Below are positions 47,896 through 59,198 of a stretch of DNA of 64,000 nucleotides, in pieces. The notes below the pieces were generated by a model. The model saw nothing but the letters and a program-made list of their open reading frames with translations. It did no database searches and was not told the DNA's origin. Source of the DNA: an uncultured Verrucomicrobiae bacterium (GTDB lineage Bacteria > Verrucomicrobiota > Verrucomicrobiia > Chthoniobacterales > UBA10450); contig CAWIBO010000002.1 in the NCBI GenBank assembly GCA_963834385.1, forward strand, positions 640,001 through 704,000, read 5' to 3'. Position 1 is the first letter of the stretch, and the number at the start of each line of letters is the position of its first letter. A program made the position numbers and the translations under genes.

Positions 47896-48504
47896 TCAGG
47901 TGCCGGCGACAATCTCTCCGCGGGCCATAAGCCGCGCAAAGATGCTAAGGGTGTTTGCATCCCGAATTTCACCGTCGGCGACCATGGCCGAGACTTCGGG
48001 AAGAGAAAATTCACGGCAGTCGATGATGGCCTCACCCTGCTCGTGCGCCGCGCCCCCCGGCGACGGCCGGACCGGGCGGGCCAGAAAAAGAAAGGCGCGT
48101 TCGTCCGTGAAACCGGCGGAGGAGAAGAAATCGCCGAGAAAGGTCAGACTCCCGCCCTCCGCCAGCTCGTAGCCGGTTTCCTCCCGTAACTCCCGGAGGG
48201 CGACCTCGCGGAAGGAACCGGTGTCGCAAAGTTCGTCCACCTGTCCCGCCGGCACCTCCCAGATCGCCTCCCGGATCGCCACCCGTTCCTGCCGGATCAG
48301 CACCAGGCGATGATCCGCCGTCATCGGGGCCACCACCACCGCCGGCTTCCGGTGCACCACCGTCCAGGGCCGGCCTTCGGGGCGTGCCGGACTGGCGATC
48401 CGTTCCGTCACCACCTGCAGATGAGGACTCTCGAAATGCGGCTCGGTCCCGAGCACGCGCCAGCCGCGCTGTGGATTTGTTTCACTCTCCGAGGGCAGGG
48501 ACAC
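47896..48504 (-). CDS. Nudix hydrolase (ADP-ribose pyrophosphatase-like)
   Basis: WEVPAG, ALRELREETGY, SAGFTDE. Confidence 0.9.
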   Translation of the reverse strand: MSLPSESETNPQRGWRVLGTEPHFESPHLQVVTERIASPARPEGRPWTVVHRKPAVVVAPMTADHRLVLIRQERVAIREAIWEVPAGQVDELCDTGSFREVALRELREETGYELAEGGSLTFLGDFFSSAGFTDERAFLFLARPVRPSPGGAAHEQGEAIIDCREFSLPEVSAMVADGEIRDANTLSIFARLMARGEIVAGT

Positions 48505-48557
48505 GGTCGAAGGTTATGAACCTCGCGCCGAAAAGCGAATGCCGACTTTTGCCTTCT

Positions 48558-48929
48558 TCACCCGGCGGACCGCTCGAGGAAGACCGCGACGTGCGCGCTT
48601 CCCGGCAGAACGAATTTGCGCAGTTCCAGTTCCACCCGCTCAAGCGGGAACCGCTCCAGCAGGTGCCGGGCGGTCGCTTCCGCAAGCGTTTCGAGCAGTT
48701 TGTCCCGACGCCCGGCCACGAAGCGGCGCACTTCCCCGGCCACCTCGGCGTAATCCACCGTGTTCGCGATGTCGTCTGCCAGGTCCCCGAAGGATCGGGC
48801 CGGCCAGAAAGTCAGGTGCAGAACAAGCTCCTGCGGCGACGCGCGCTCCTCCTCCGGCACGCCAAGGTGCGCGGTCAGAGTCAGCCCGGCAATTCTGATT
48901 CGGTCGCCGGTAATTTTCTCGGGTTTCAT
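48558..48929 (-). CDS. folB: Dihydroneopterin aldolase
   Basis: HLGVPEEER, TVDYA, LLETLAE, K before FVLP. Confidence 0.9.
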   Translation of the reverse strand: MKPEKITGDRIRIAGLTLTAHLGVPEEERASPQELVLHLTFWPARSFGDLADDIANTVDYAEVAGEVRRFVAGRRDKLLETLAEATARHLLERFPLERVELELRKFVLPGSAHVAVFLERSAG

Positions 48930-48963
48930 TTCGCCACAGTATGCCCGCGCCCAGCCGCATGTT

Positions 48964-51384
48964 CTACTGCGGAGCCAGCGCCCCGACCATTTTGTCGAAG
49001 CGCGGATCTTCCCGCAGGGAATCCCAGTAAGGGTGCAGCCGCAGATGACCGTAGCTCAGGTAGGTCGGAACCCGCAGGGCCGCCGCGAGCTGTTCGATGG
49101 CCGCATCCGTTTCTCCGGTCCAGGCATGGACCAGGGCGAGGTTCCGCAGAAATTGCGCGCCGACGATGGAATCGCGGCTCACCGGCATCAACTCGACTGC
49201 GCGCCGGGCATGGACCAGCGCTTCTTTTTTTCGCCCGAGCAGCGCGTCGATCATCCCCAGCATGCCAAGGGCCTCGGGGTAATCGGGCTGGCGTGTCACC
49301 ATCGCCTCGACCTCGCGGCGCGCCTCCTCCAGGAGTCGCCGCGCCTCGTCTTCCTCCCCGGCCACCCGGGCCACCCAGGCCTCGCACCAGGTTTGCGGGA
49401 AGGCGAGCGTATCGTCGCGGCATCCGTCGACCGGTAAAACTTCCATCGCGCGGCGCGCGCTCCCGGCATCCCGCTGCGCCAGCGCGACAAAAATCCACGA
49501 GTCGGCGATGGCGGCGGCTAATGACGGCTCACGCTTCAAGGTTTCCTCCACGATCGTCCGCAGTGGCGCGGGGTCGGCTTTCCAGTCGAACTCGACCGCC
49601 GCGCGTTCCAGGCGGATGCCGGTATTGCCAGGATCCACCTCGAGCGCGCGATCGAGCGTGGCCGCCATTTCCGGGAAACGTCCCCGCAGCCCGTAGGTCA
49701 GGGCGAGCTGCCGCAGGATGTGGACGTTGCGGGGATCGAGCTCGAGCGCGCGCTCGAAGTTTTGGATGGCCTCGTCCCAGCGGCTTTGCCGGCGATCGAT
49801 CGAGGCAATCCAGAGATGGGGCAGCGAGTTGTTCGGAAGTTTTTTCTGGGCCAGCTCCAGCTCGCCCCGGGCGGCGGCATAATTCCCGTAGCCGAAATAG
49901 AAGTGCTCGGCCTGGGCCAGGTGCACCTCGCCCGCGCCCGGACGGATTCGCCGGGCCGACTTGATCGCCGCCTCGGCCAGTTCCAGGCGTTCCGGCGTGT
50001 GATCGAGGCCAAGGGAATAAATCAGGTCATGCGCGTGCGCGAGCAGGCAGTAGGCCGGGAAAAAGTCGCGGTCCCGGCTGACTGCGCGGTCGAGCAGGCG
50101 CGTGGCCTCGAAAAGGTTCTCCGTTCCCCGGGCATCGAGGAACCACCGGTCAATGAACCCGGTGGCGCGCAGGTAAAGATCATAGGCGGCCAGGTTGTCC
50201 GTGGGCTTTTCCTGGATGGCCGCCTTTTCCTCAGGGGAAAGCCGGGCCTTGAGCTGGTTGACAATTTTCTCCGCCAACTGCGTCTCGAGCGTGAAAATAT
50301 CCGCGACTTTGCCCTCGTAACGCTCGGCCCAGATCTGCGTGTCGGTGCGGGCGTCGATCAGTTGGGTGCTCACGCGCACGCGGTCGCCGGCCGAGCGCAC
50401 CGCTCCCTCGAGCACGTAGGCCACCCCCAGTTGGCGGGCGATCTCGCGGAGGTTGCGCACCCCGGTCTTGTACTGCATCACCGAGGTGCGGCTGATCACC
50501 TTGAGCCCCGCCACCTTCGCCAGGTCGGTCAGGATCTCATCGTGCATCCCCTCGTGCAGCCGCATGGTTTCCGGGTCGTCGTCCAGGTTCTCGAAGGGCA
50601 GCACGGCGATGCTCTTCTCGGAAACCGGCAGGGCGGGCGAGCCGGTGGTCACCGCCGCAGGCAGCCGCGGCGAGGGCTCCCGCAGAACCATCAGGATGCT
50701 GACAAGAGCGAGCGCGGCCAGCAGGAGCGCCCCGCCCACCAGGACCCGCGGCCAGGGCGATTCGCGCACCGGGCGGATGACCTGTGCCTTTTTTCCCCAG
50801 CGGCGACGCCGTAATTTTTCGGGGAGGGTGGGGTTTCCCAGGCCGTCCTTGTGCAGGTTGACCAGGTCGATGCGGACTCCGTGCTTCACTTCGCATGCGC
50901 CGATATCCTGCAGATACGGCTGCCAGTTCGCATAGTGCGCCAGATCATCGGCCAGGCGCCGTGAGAGCAGGATGTGACCCGCATCGCCGCAATCCATGAC
51001 CCGCTGGGCGATGTTGATGCCGGGGCCGGCCGCGTTGGAGCGATCATTTACGTCGGTGATCAGGTTGACCGGACCGCTGTGAAGCCCCATCCGCACCTTG
51101 ATCTTCCCATCGTCCCGCAACTTGTCCGCGATCTCGAGCGCGCAACGGACCGGCTGCTCCGGGTTATCGAAGAAAAGAAGCGCCATGCCGTCGCCGGTGG
51201 GCAGGCGGATCAGTTTCCCGGCGCTCTCCGCCTTTCGGAAACAATCGCCGCCGCGGACAATTCGTTGCAGCCGGTCAAGCGTCTCGACCTGCTCGTTCCC
51301 AAGCAGGCGCGAGTAACCCACGATATCGAGCAGGAGAAGATGCGCGATCTCCAGCGGGAGATCTGGCTTGGGCTCACCGGACAT
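48964..51384 (-). CDS. Class III nucleotidyl cyclase + TM + TolB-N-like + TPR protein
   Basis: LLDIVGYS, TGDGM, RMGLHSGPV, GINIAQR; SIAVLPFENL, KVISRTSV; TPR repeats. Confidence 0.88.
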   Translation of the reverse strand: MSGEPKPDLPLEIAHLLLLDIVGYSRLLGNEQVETLDRLQRIVRGGDCFRKAESAGKLIRLPTGDGMALLFFDNPEQPVRCALEIADKLRDDGKIKVRMGLHSGPVNLITDVNDRSNAAGPGINIAQRVMDCGDAGHILLSRRLADDLAHYANWQPYLQDIGACEVKHGVRIDLVNLHKDGLGNPTLPEKLRRRRWGKKAQVIRPVRESPWPRVLVGGALLLAALALVSILMVLREPSPRLPAAVTTGSPALPVSEKSIAVLPFENLDDDPETMRLHEGMHDEILTDLAKVAGLKVISRTSVMQYKTGVRNLREIARQLGVAYVLEGAVRSAGDRVRVSTQLIDARTDTQIWAERYEGKVADIFTLETQLAEKIVNQLKARLSPEEKAAIQEKPTDNLAAYDLYLRATGFIDRWFLDARGTENLFEATRLLDRAVSRDRDFFPAYCLLAHAHDLIYSLGLDHTPERLELAEAAIKSARRIRPGAGEVHLAQAEHFYFGYGNYAAARGELELAQKKLPNNSLPHLWIASIDRRQSRWDEAIQNFERALELDPRNVHILRQLALTYGLRGRFPEMAATLDRALEVDPGNTGIRLERAAVEFDWKADPAPLRTIVEETLKREPSLAAAIADSWIFVALAQRDAGSARRAMEVLPVDGCRDDTLAFPQTWCEAWVARVAGEEDEARRLLEEARREVEAMVTRQPDYPEALGMLGMIDALLGRKKEALVHARRAVELMPVSRDSIVGAQFLRNLALVHAWTGETDAAIEQLAAALRVPTYLSYGHLRLHPYWDSLREDPRFDKMVGALAPQ

Positions 51385-51453
51385 AGGATAATTGAGGGAA
51401 TTCGTCCGTGGAGCCATCTTTCCAAGTCCCCCCTCGGCCGTCGAGAATTACTC

Positions 51454-52419
51454 TCAGGCAGAACGCGAAGGCAACTTTCCGGCCGAGCCAGTCCGTCGCG
51501 CCGGACGGAGGAGCGTTCCCGGTCCGAACGCGGCGAGGTTCAAGACCACCATGACGAGCCCGAAAAGATACATGCCCATGCCGAACGCGATCATCGCGTG
51601 CATGGCCAGAACCAGGCACAACCAGAGTCGCCGGGTCCGGGCCGGCCAGATCAACACGATGTAGCCGAGTTCCACCAGGCAGATCCCCACACCGAGGACG
51701 GGCAGCAAATCCGCCAACGGAACGAGCATCTCCGGCGGCACCTGGTTGAAAGGAGGCCTGGTCAGGGCGCGCCAGAGATTGAGTCCGTTCCACCAGTCGG
51801 CTCCCAGACACTTGGAAAGGCCGCTGAAAAAATAGATCAGGCAAAGATGGACCTGCAGCAGGCGCTGAAAGAATCCGGAAACAGCGGCATCGCGCAAAGG
51901 CCGACGCCGCCAGATGTAATCGAGCGAATACCGGTCCGGCCAGGGCGCCAGCGCGAGATAAAAAAGGCCGATGGTGAGGAAACTATCGAGCCCGTAGGCC
52001 AGGAACCCGAGGCTCTTGGCCGTGGCCAGATGAAGCAGCCACGCCGCCACCGCGGTTACGCGGAGATACAATCCCGCGCAAAGGCCGAGCGCCGCCAGCA
52101 GCAAAAGCCACCATGCAGCGCCGAGAAGATGATCCTCGGCGAGTCCAAGCGTTGTGCCCGCCTGCACCAGCCAGTCCAGCCGTGGAACCAGGGGTGTCTG
52201 CAAGGAAAGCAGCGCTTCTCCCAGGCCGCGACCGATCAGGCCATCAGCCTTGTCCCCGACCAATACCAGCCAATCGTTTCGCAGGGAAAGCACATAAAGA
52301 AAAAGAACCAGACCCAGCCCAAGCCGGAGCAGCGTCATCCAGGCGGTCGATTGCGTCGGGAACAGAAAAGTGCGCACCCGGGAGACGAAGCTCATGCCCG
52401 CGAAATCAGTTCCCGTCAT
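51454..52419 (-). CDS. HTTM-domain (SdpB / vitamin K-dependent carboxylase-like) membrane protein
   Basis: LRLGLG, YGLD, YSLD, LQVHLCLIYFFSGLSK..WWNG, VEL, MHAMI..MGMYLF; alternative start at 52395. Confidence 0.85.
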   Translation of the reverse strand: MTGTDFAGMSFVSRVRTFLFPTQSTAWMTLLRLGLGLVLFLYVLSLRNDWLVLVGDKADGLIGRGLGEALLSLQTPLVPRLDWLVQAGTTLGLAEDHLLGAAWWLLLLAALGLCAGLYLRVTAVAAWLLHLATAKSLGFLAYGLDSFLTIGLFYLALAPWPDRYSLDYIWRRRPLRDAAVSGFFQRLLQVHLCLIYFFSGLSKCLGADWWNGLNLWRALTRPPFNQVPPEMLVPLADLLPVLGVGICLVELGYIVLIWPARTRRLWLCLVLAMHAMIAFGMGMYLFGLVMVVLNLAAFGPGTLLRPARRTGSAGKLPSRSA

Positions 52420-52979
52420 CCCGCGGAGCGAAATCGTAGCTGAAAATGATCTCGAACGGCCCGTCCGGCGCGCCGGGTCGCTCCTGCGGGCGAACGCCGA
52501 GCAAAGCCCGCATGCTGGTGGCCTCCGGATGATCGCGCCAGGCGGCCTGCGCCATTTTCCGGACGAGATACTCGCGCAGATCGGCGGAGGGCGTGCGGCC
52601 AATTTCGTCGAGCAACCCCGCCACGCGCAGGCCGGCGGCCGACGAATGGACGCGGGGAAGTTCCAGGACGACCTGGTCATCCGGATAGCGAATCTCGAAA
52701 ACCAGCCGCAACGGTTCCGGGACGTTCGGGGCAAAATAGCCGTAGCCGCGCTCGATGCCCGCGAGGTGCAGGTAGGAAAGGAGAACCGGGCGCAGGAGGC
52801 CCGCCCGGTCTTTTCCCGGGAGGGCCTCCTCGATCTTCCGCGCGCCCGCGGCAACGGCGCGCCGGCAGAATGGTCAGATCACGCCCGACAAGCCCAAGCG
52901 TCTCGCGGGCGCAAACGGCAATGAGGCAGAGAAAATGGAAGGCGAAAAAGAGTGCCAGGAGACACTCTTTTCGCGTCAC
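52406..52979 (-). CDS. SdpA/DUF5819-like partner protein (frameshift near 52860)
   Basis: N-terminal TM helix containing His (FAFHF); after the shift, YLHLAGIERGYGYFAPNVP, continuing into ORF 52406..52711. Confidence 0.65.
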
Positions 52980-53004
52980 GTTTCCGTTCTCCGCCCAGGG
53001 CGCG

Positions 53005-53421
53005 CTATTGGAGCTGGTCGAGCACGAGCTTCATGTCCGCCGTGCTGTTGCTCGAGACCTGCTGCGTCACGTGGCGCCCGATGGCGGTGAAACCTTCCAT
53101 CTTGACCGCCACCCGGGAAGTCGTGGTCAGATCGCCGCGCGCGCTGGTTTTGCCGCTCTTTTTCTCCTTCTCCTTGCCTTTGTCATCCTTGACCCGCAGC
53201 TGATAGACAGCGTCGGTGCTGAGCTTGCTTAGGGCGTCATCGAAGGCCGCTTCGTCCTTCTTGAACTCCTTCTGCTTCTTAATCTTCAGGACGTAATGGC
53301 GGTCGGGTTCAGCGGCCCCATCTTCATTCGATGTTTCGCCGTGGAGAACGCCCAAGGAGATGACCGCCAGGGCGGCTCCCGTGAGCGCTGCGATTTTTAC
53401 CGTGCGAGGTGCAGTCTTCAT
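53005..53421 (-). CDS. Secreted hypothetical protein
   Basis: Sec signal peptide, K/D/E-rich body, C-terminal RHVTQQVSSNSTADMKLVLDQLQ. Confidence 0.75.
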   Translation of the reverse strand: MKTAPRTVKIAALTGAALAVISLGVLHGETSNEDGAAEPDRHYVLKIKKQKEFKKDEAAFDDALSKLSTDAVYQLRVKDDKGKEKEKKSGKTSARGDLTTTSRVAVKMEGFTAIGRHVTQQVSSNSTADMKLVLDQLQ

Positions 53422-53468
53422 AGACACCCGTTTTGCGCCTCTCCGGGACGGCGAACAAGCAAAATCGC

Positions 53469-53828
53469 TTAGCCGACCCGGAACCGGAGGTCGCGGACCA
53501 CTTTTGTCCCGAATCTCTGCTTTAACTTCTTCAGGATCTGGGGCTTGGAAATCTGCTCCAGCTCATAGTGCAGGGCCGGCTGCAGGACCCGCACGATCAG
53601 GACCCCGTCCCGCATCGCCACGGGGGCGGAATGGGCGGCAATGAAAGGGCCGACGATTCCGCTCCACGCCTCCATGACCTCCGTCTCGTGGAGGCGCTCG
53701 GCCAGCCCGAGCTTTTGCATCAGCCTGGGGAGGAGATCCGCCGGCGACTGCCAGCGATCGGGCACGCGCGGTTTCTCCGGCAGACCGCGCCATTCGGCGA
53801 GCACGGCGGCGCGCAGGGCGGCATTCAT
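53469..53828 (-). CDS. DUF721 / DciA family protein
   Basis: WSGIVG..IAAHS.P, GVLIVRV, ILKKL, LRFRVG. Confidence 0.8.
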   Translation of the reverse strand: MNAALRAAVLAEWRGLPEKPRVPDRWQSPADLLPRLMQKLGLAERLHETEVMEAWSGIVGPFIAAHSAPVAMRDGVLIVRVLQPALHYELEQISKPQILKKLKQRFGTKVVRDLRFRVG

Positions 53829-53839
53829 TCCCGCATGCT

Positions 53840-55288
53840 TCACCAGGCGGGCGCGGGTGGCAAGAACGCAGCTGGTACCTGCCGCCGCATGTTGCTCGGC
53901 AGGATGTTCAGTTCCGTGCGGTACTTGGCCACGGTGCGCCGGGCGATGGGGATGCCCCGCTCGCTCAGAATCTCGACAATCTCCTTGTCGCTCAGGGGCG
54001 AGCTCGGGTCCTCGTCCTTGACCAGGTCGAGGATCGCCTCCTTCACGCTCGTGTTGCTCATGCTTTCACCCGTGGCGGTCTGGTAGCCCGGGGTGAAGAA
54101 ATATTTCATCTCGAAAACGCCCTGGGGCGTGGCCATGTATTTGCCGGAGATGGCCCGGCTTACGGTGGTCTCGTGCACCCCCACGGCGTCCGCGATCTGC
54201 ACCATCGTCATCGGCTTGAGATGGGCCGTGCCGTGATCGAAAAACTCGCGCTGCCGGTCGACGATCTGGTGGGCGATGTTTGAAATCGTCTGCTGGCGCT
54301 GGTGGATCGACTTGATCAGGAATTTCCCGCTCCGGATCTTGTCGCGGATGTAATCCTTCACCTCGTTGCCATTCCCGTCCTGGGACATGATGTCCTTGTA
54401 GGTGTTGCTGATGCGCAGGTGGGGAATTTGTTCGCCGTTGAGGATGACCTGGTACTGGTCGTTCACTTTTTCCACGGTGACGTCGGGCAGGACGTAATTC
54501 TGCGGCGCCTGGGCGAAGATGGCGCCGGGGCGCGGATCGAGCTGGGCGATGTTGTTGGCGCACTTCTGCACCTGCTCGACGCTGATGCCCATGCGGCGGG
54601 CGATCTCGGGAAAGCGTCGTTTCCCGAGGTCCTGCATGTGTTCGCTGATGATCTTGTACTCGAGCGCGGTCTGTCTGCCTTCGCGCTTCAACTGGATGAG
54701 GAGGCACTCGCGCAGGTCGCGCGCGCCCACGCCCGGCGGGTGAAAACTCTGGATGAGGGTCAGCATCGTCTCGAAATCGTCCTGGGCGATGCCGGTGTTC
54801 ATGGACATTTCCTCCGGGGTCGCCTGGAGGAAGCCGTTGTCGTCGATATTGCCGATGATCAGCTCGGCCGTTTTGCGATCCCCGGCGTTGAGCACCGTCT
54901 GGTTCAACTGTCCCATGAGGTGCTGCTGCAGGGTCTCCTGCGTGGCGATGGAGTCGAAGAAGAACTGCCGCTTTTCCTCGTCCTCCTGTGAGCGGCCGCT
55001 GTAGCTGCTCGACTGCGCCATGTAATCGCGCCATTCGTTGTCGAGTTTGGCCAGCCGGTCGAACTCCTCCTTGAACTCCTCGTCGCTGGCGGCCGGCTTT
55101 TGTTCCTCGGGGGCCTCGGGATCGGTGGCCAGTTCTTCGAGGACCGGATTGGTCTCCATTTCCTGCTGCACCAGGTTGCGCAGTTCGAGGAGAGGCGCCT
55201 GCAGGATGAGGAGGCTTTGCTGGAGCTGGGGCGCCAGGACCTGCTGCAGGGATAGGTTTTGCGACTGATGCATCCCTTGGCCGGCCAT
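53840..55288 (-). CDS. rpoN: RNA polymerase sigma-54 factor
   Basis: Q-rich region I, NPVLE, PPGVGAR, HETTVSRA, RpoN box ARRTVAKYR. Confidence 0.97.
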   Translation of the reverse strand: MAGQGMHQSQNLSLQQVLAPQLQQSLLILQAPLLELRNLVQQEMETNPVLEELATDPEAPEEQKPAASDEEFKEEFDRLAKLDNEWRDYMAQSSSYSGRSQEDEEKRQFFFDSIATQETLQQHLMGQLNQTVLNAGDRKTAELIIGNIDDNGFLQATPEEMSMNTGIAQDDFETMLTLIQSFHPPGVGARDLRECLLIQLKREGRQTALEYKIISEHMQDLGKRRFPEIARRMGISVEQVQKCANNIAQLDPRPGAIFAQAPQNYVLPDVTVEKVNDQYQVILNGEQIPHLRISNTYKDIMSQDGNGNEVKDYIRDKIRSGKFLIKSIHQRQQTISNIAHQIVDRQREFFDHGTAHLKPMTMVQIADAVGVHETTVSRAISGKYMATPQGVFEMKYFFTPGYQTATGESMSNTSVKEAILDLVKDEDPSSPLSDKEIVEILSERGIPIARRTVAKYRTELNILPSNMRRQVPAAFLPPAPAW

Positions 55289-55368
55289 AACCTGCGAGGC
55301 TAGGCCCTGTGCGGGATGAAGCAAGCAATTTTCACGCCGCGGACGTTGCAAAGCAGACCCTTCCCGGC

Positions 55369-55384
55369 GGGAACACGACTTGCT
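55369..55384 (+). promoter_or_regulatory. Possible sigma54 promoter for the small secreted protein pair
   Basis: GGGAACACGACTTGCT: GG-N10-GC with TTGCT; predicted +1 about 1 nt before ATG 55396. Confidence 0.35.
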
Positions 55385-55395
55385 CTTTACGCGGC

Positions 55396-55629
55396 ATGAC
55401 CCGGACCTTCGCTTTTGGCGCCCTTTTCCTCCTGACGCTTGCCGGCCCGCTGCGCGGCCAGGCGCCCGCGCCTTCCGCCGACGAGCAAAAGCTGGCCGCA
55501 CTGGTCCGCGAGATCCAGGCGCAACAGCTTCTCCTTCAGCAAAACCAGACCGCCATCGACGAACGCCTCGCCACCCTGGAGGAAACCGTGCGCCAGGCCC
55601 GCATCTACGCCAGCCGCAGCGGCAAATAA
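55396..55629 (+). CDS. Small secreted coiled-coil protein A
   Basis: Signal peptide, heptad helix, ends QARIYASRSGK. Confidence 0.75.
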   Translation: MTRTFAFGALFLLTLAGPLRGQAPAPSADEQKLAALVREIQAQQLLLQQNQTAIDERLATLEETVRQARIYASRSGK

Positions 55630-55635
55630 CCTTTT

Positions 55636-55899
55636 ATGAAACTCTTTCTTACCCTGCTTCTCCTTATCACAGCCGCCGTCTCAGGCATGGCTCAGATTCC
55701 CGTGGTCCAGGCGGCTTCCCCGGCCCCGGTGGCGGTGACGCCGGCCGCCGCGCAGGCGGGTGAGAACGCGGTGCGCGCCCTCGAGGCGGTGAAAGCAGCC
55801 AATCTCGAGCTGCTCAAAAAACAGCAGGATACCCTGCAGCGGCTCGACGCCCTCCAGAAGGAAGCGGAGCAGATCCGGATCTTCAGCAAGCGCGGCTAG
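55636..55899 (+). CDS. Small secreted coiled-coil protein B
   Basis: Signal peptide, heptad helix, ends QIRIFSKRG. Confidence 0.75.
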   Translation: MKLFLTLLLLITAAVSGMAQIPVVQAASPAPVAVTPAAAQAGENAVRALEAVKAANLELLKKQQDTLQRLDALQKEAEQIRIFSKRG

Positions 55900-55908
55900 G
55901 AAAGCCCG

Positions 55909-57279
<1,371 letters not shown>

Positions 57280-57337
57280 ATTCGCAGCGCGGAGAATATC
57301 GCAAAATTGAGAGAAGGAAAGCGGAAATGAGAGGGGC

Positions 57338-58536
57338 TCAGGCAGGAGCGCCGGCCACCTGGCCGCCGAGCATGCGCCACGGGACGGCACCTTCGTGCGC
57401 GAGGATTCCCTCGAACCAATCGGTTTCCTTCCGGGTTGGGAGCGGGACGGCGATGAGATCGGCGAGAAAGCCCGGGGGCGATCCGGCCGAGGCGATGGCC
57501 CTGGCCCAGCGCGGCGGCGCCGTTGCTCGTGGCGAACCGGAAAAGATCTTCCGGGGGCAGCCCGGGGTGTGTTTTCCGCAGGGCCCGCATTTCCGCCAGC
57601 ATGCTGAAATCGGTGTTGCTCGCCAGGCTGTCAGTCCCGAGGCAAATCCGGGCGCCGGCCTCACGCAGCTCCTCGAGCGGGAAGGACGAATGCCCAAAAT
57701 AGGCGTGACTGCGCGGGCAGTGCACGACGTACGGCGCGTCTTCGCCACCCAGCGTCGCAAGGTCGTCCGGGGCCAGCTCATTCACGTGGGCCAGGATCCA
57801 GCGATGATCCAGGGTGACCAGCCGGGCGAGCGTTTGCACGGGACTCTCTCCTTCGCAATCCTCCATCGGCCGTCCGAGCGCCTGCACGAGTTCAAAGAGC
57901 GGGCCCTCCCTGGTCGCGAAACATTTTCATTTCATCCCGCGACTCGGCGAGATGCATCGTTAAAAGAAAATCGTCTTCACGGGCGTATTCGAGACAGCGC
58001 CGAATAAGCGCGGGCGAGGCAGTGTAGAGCGCATGCGGCGCGAGGGCGCTGCGGGGCCGGCCGCGCCATTTCTCCACGAGGGCGTCAAGGCCGGCAGGTG
58101 CGCGTACATCGATCAATTCCGCGCCCCACCAGATGCGGAGCGGCTCGGTAAAACCGGTGTCGCGCAGCGCGGGATGTCCCGTCAGGTTCAGGACGCTGGT
58201 GGTGCCGAAGGCGGCGGCCTCGGTCATCCCCTCTGCCACGGCCGGCTGGTAATCGCTCTCGCTCAACCGGCTCCGCCATTCATTGATCTCGCGCACCCAG
58301 GCCGTGAACGACGAGGGACGCGCGATCTTCCCGCGCAGCATGGTGTAATCGAAGTGACAGTGCGCGTTGACCAGGCCGGGCAGAAGGGCGCAGTCTTCGA
58401 GTTCAACCGTTTCCTCTCCCTCCTTCGCCACCAGATCGTGACTCACCGCCGCGATCTGCTCTCCCTCCACCCGCACGGCGCCGCCGGGGATGACCGGGCC
58501 CGCCATTGTCACCACCGCGCGCGCCCGGATGATCAT
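57338..58536 (-). CDS. Metal-dependent amidohydrolase (chlorohydrolase / aminodeoxyfutalosine deaminase-like; two frameshifts)
   Basis: PGLVNAHCH, PHALYT, HLAES, HCPRS, LGTDS, ADLIAV across three ORFs. Confidence 0.82.
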
Positions 58537-59180
58537 TTCGTTTCTTTCACCGTCGTCCGGGCCGCGGCCACGAGGAGGGCGCAGGCCTCCTGGCAGAGGA
58601 GAGGCAGACACGTTTCATCACGGCCCGTCTGGTCGTGCAAAGGATCGTATTTTTGCGCCGGCAATAAGGAGCTGGCCGGCGTCCCGGCCCGGTCCCGGGG
58701 CCAAAGAATGGTGCGGAGACAACCGCCCTCCGAGCGGCAGATCCGCGCCACCAGCGTGTTCGCCGCCTCGTCGGAAATCCGGGCCGCCACCCGATACATC
58801 CCGGTCTGGCGTTCCAGCGTCTCGCGGAGAGAGGTCGGCTTCAGGCGCCCGGCGGTGAAAGAGTCGAAGGCGGCGAGACGCCCGGGATAAAAATAATCAA
58901 GCGCCAGCGCCAGCTCCGAGAGACCTCGCACCTGCAGCTGCCAGCCATGGGCAAGGTTGGGCGCCGTCTTCAACGGCCGGAATTTGCCCTCGTCATCCAG
59001 GCGGGCGAGGGAGGCGGCCGCTTCCGGTCCCGATTCTTGTCGCAATCCTGCGCGGCCCACATCGTCACGATGACAGAGCAAAAACAGCCCGGGACCCGCG
59101 GGAAGAATGGCGATCTCTCCCATCCGTCCGCGGCCATCCTCCAGGCACAAGGCGAGGTTCTTCTCGGACTGGCCCGGCAT
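58533..59180 (-). CDS. DR2241-family protein (putative Fe-S)
   Basis: FRPLKTAPNL..GW, DYFYPG, RQTGMY, C..GGCLR, LCQEAC. Confidence 0.78.
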   Translation of the reverse strand: MPGQSEKNLALCLEDGRGRMGEIAILPAGPGLFLLCHRDDVGRAGLRQESGPEAAASLARLDDEGKFRPLKTAPNLAHGWQLQVRGLSELALALDYFYPGRLAAFDSFTAGRLKPTSLRETLERQTGMYRVAARISDEAANTLVARICRSEGGCLRTILWPRDRAGTPASSLLPAQKYDPLHDQTGRDETCLPLLCQEACALLVAAARTTVKETK

Positions 59181-59198
59181 GGTCCGCCGTCCCCGGGC

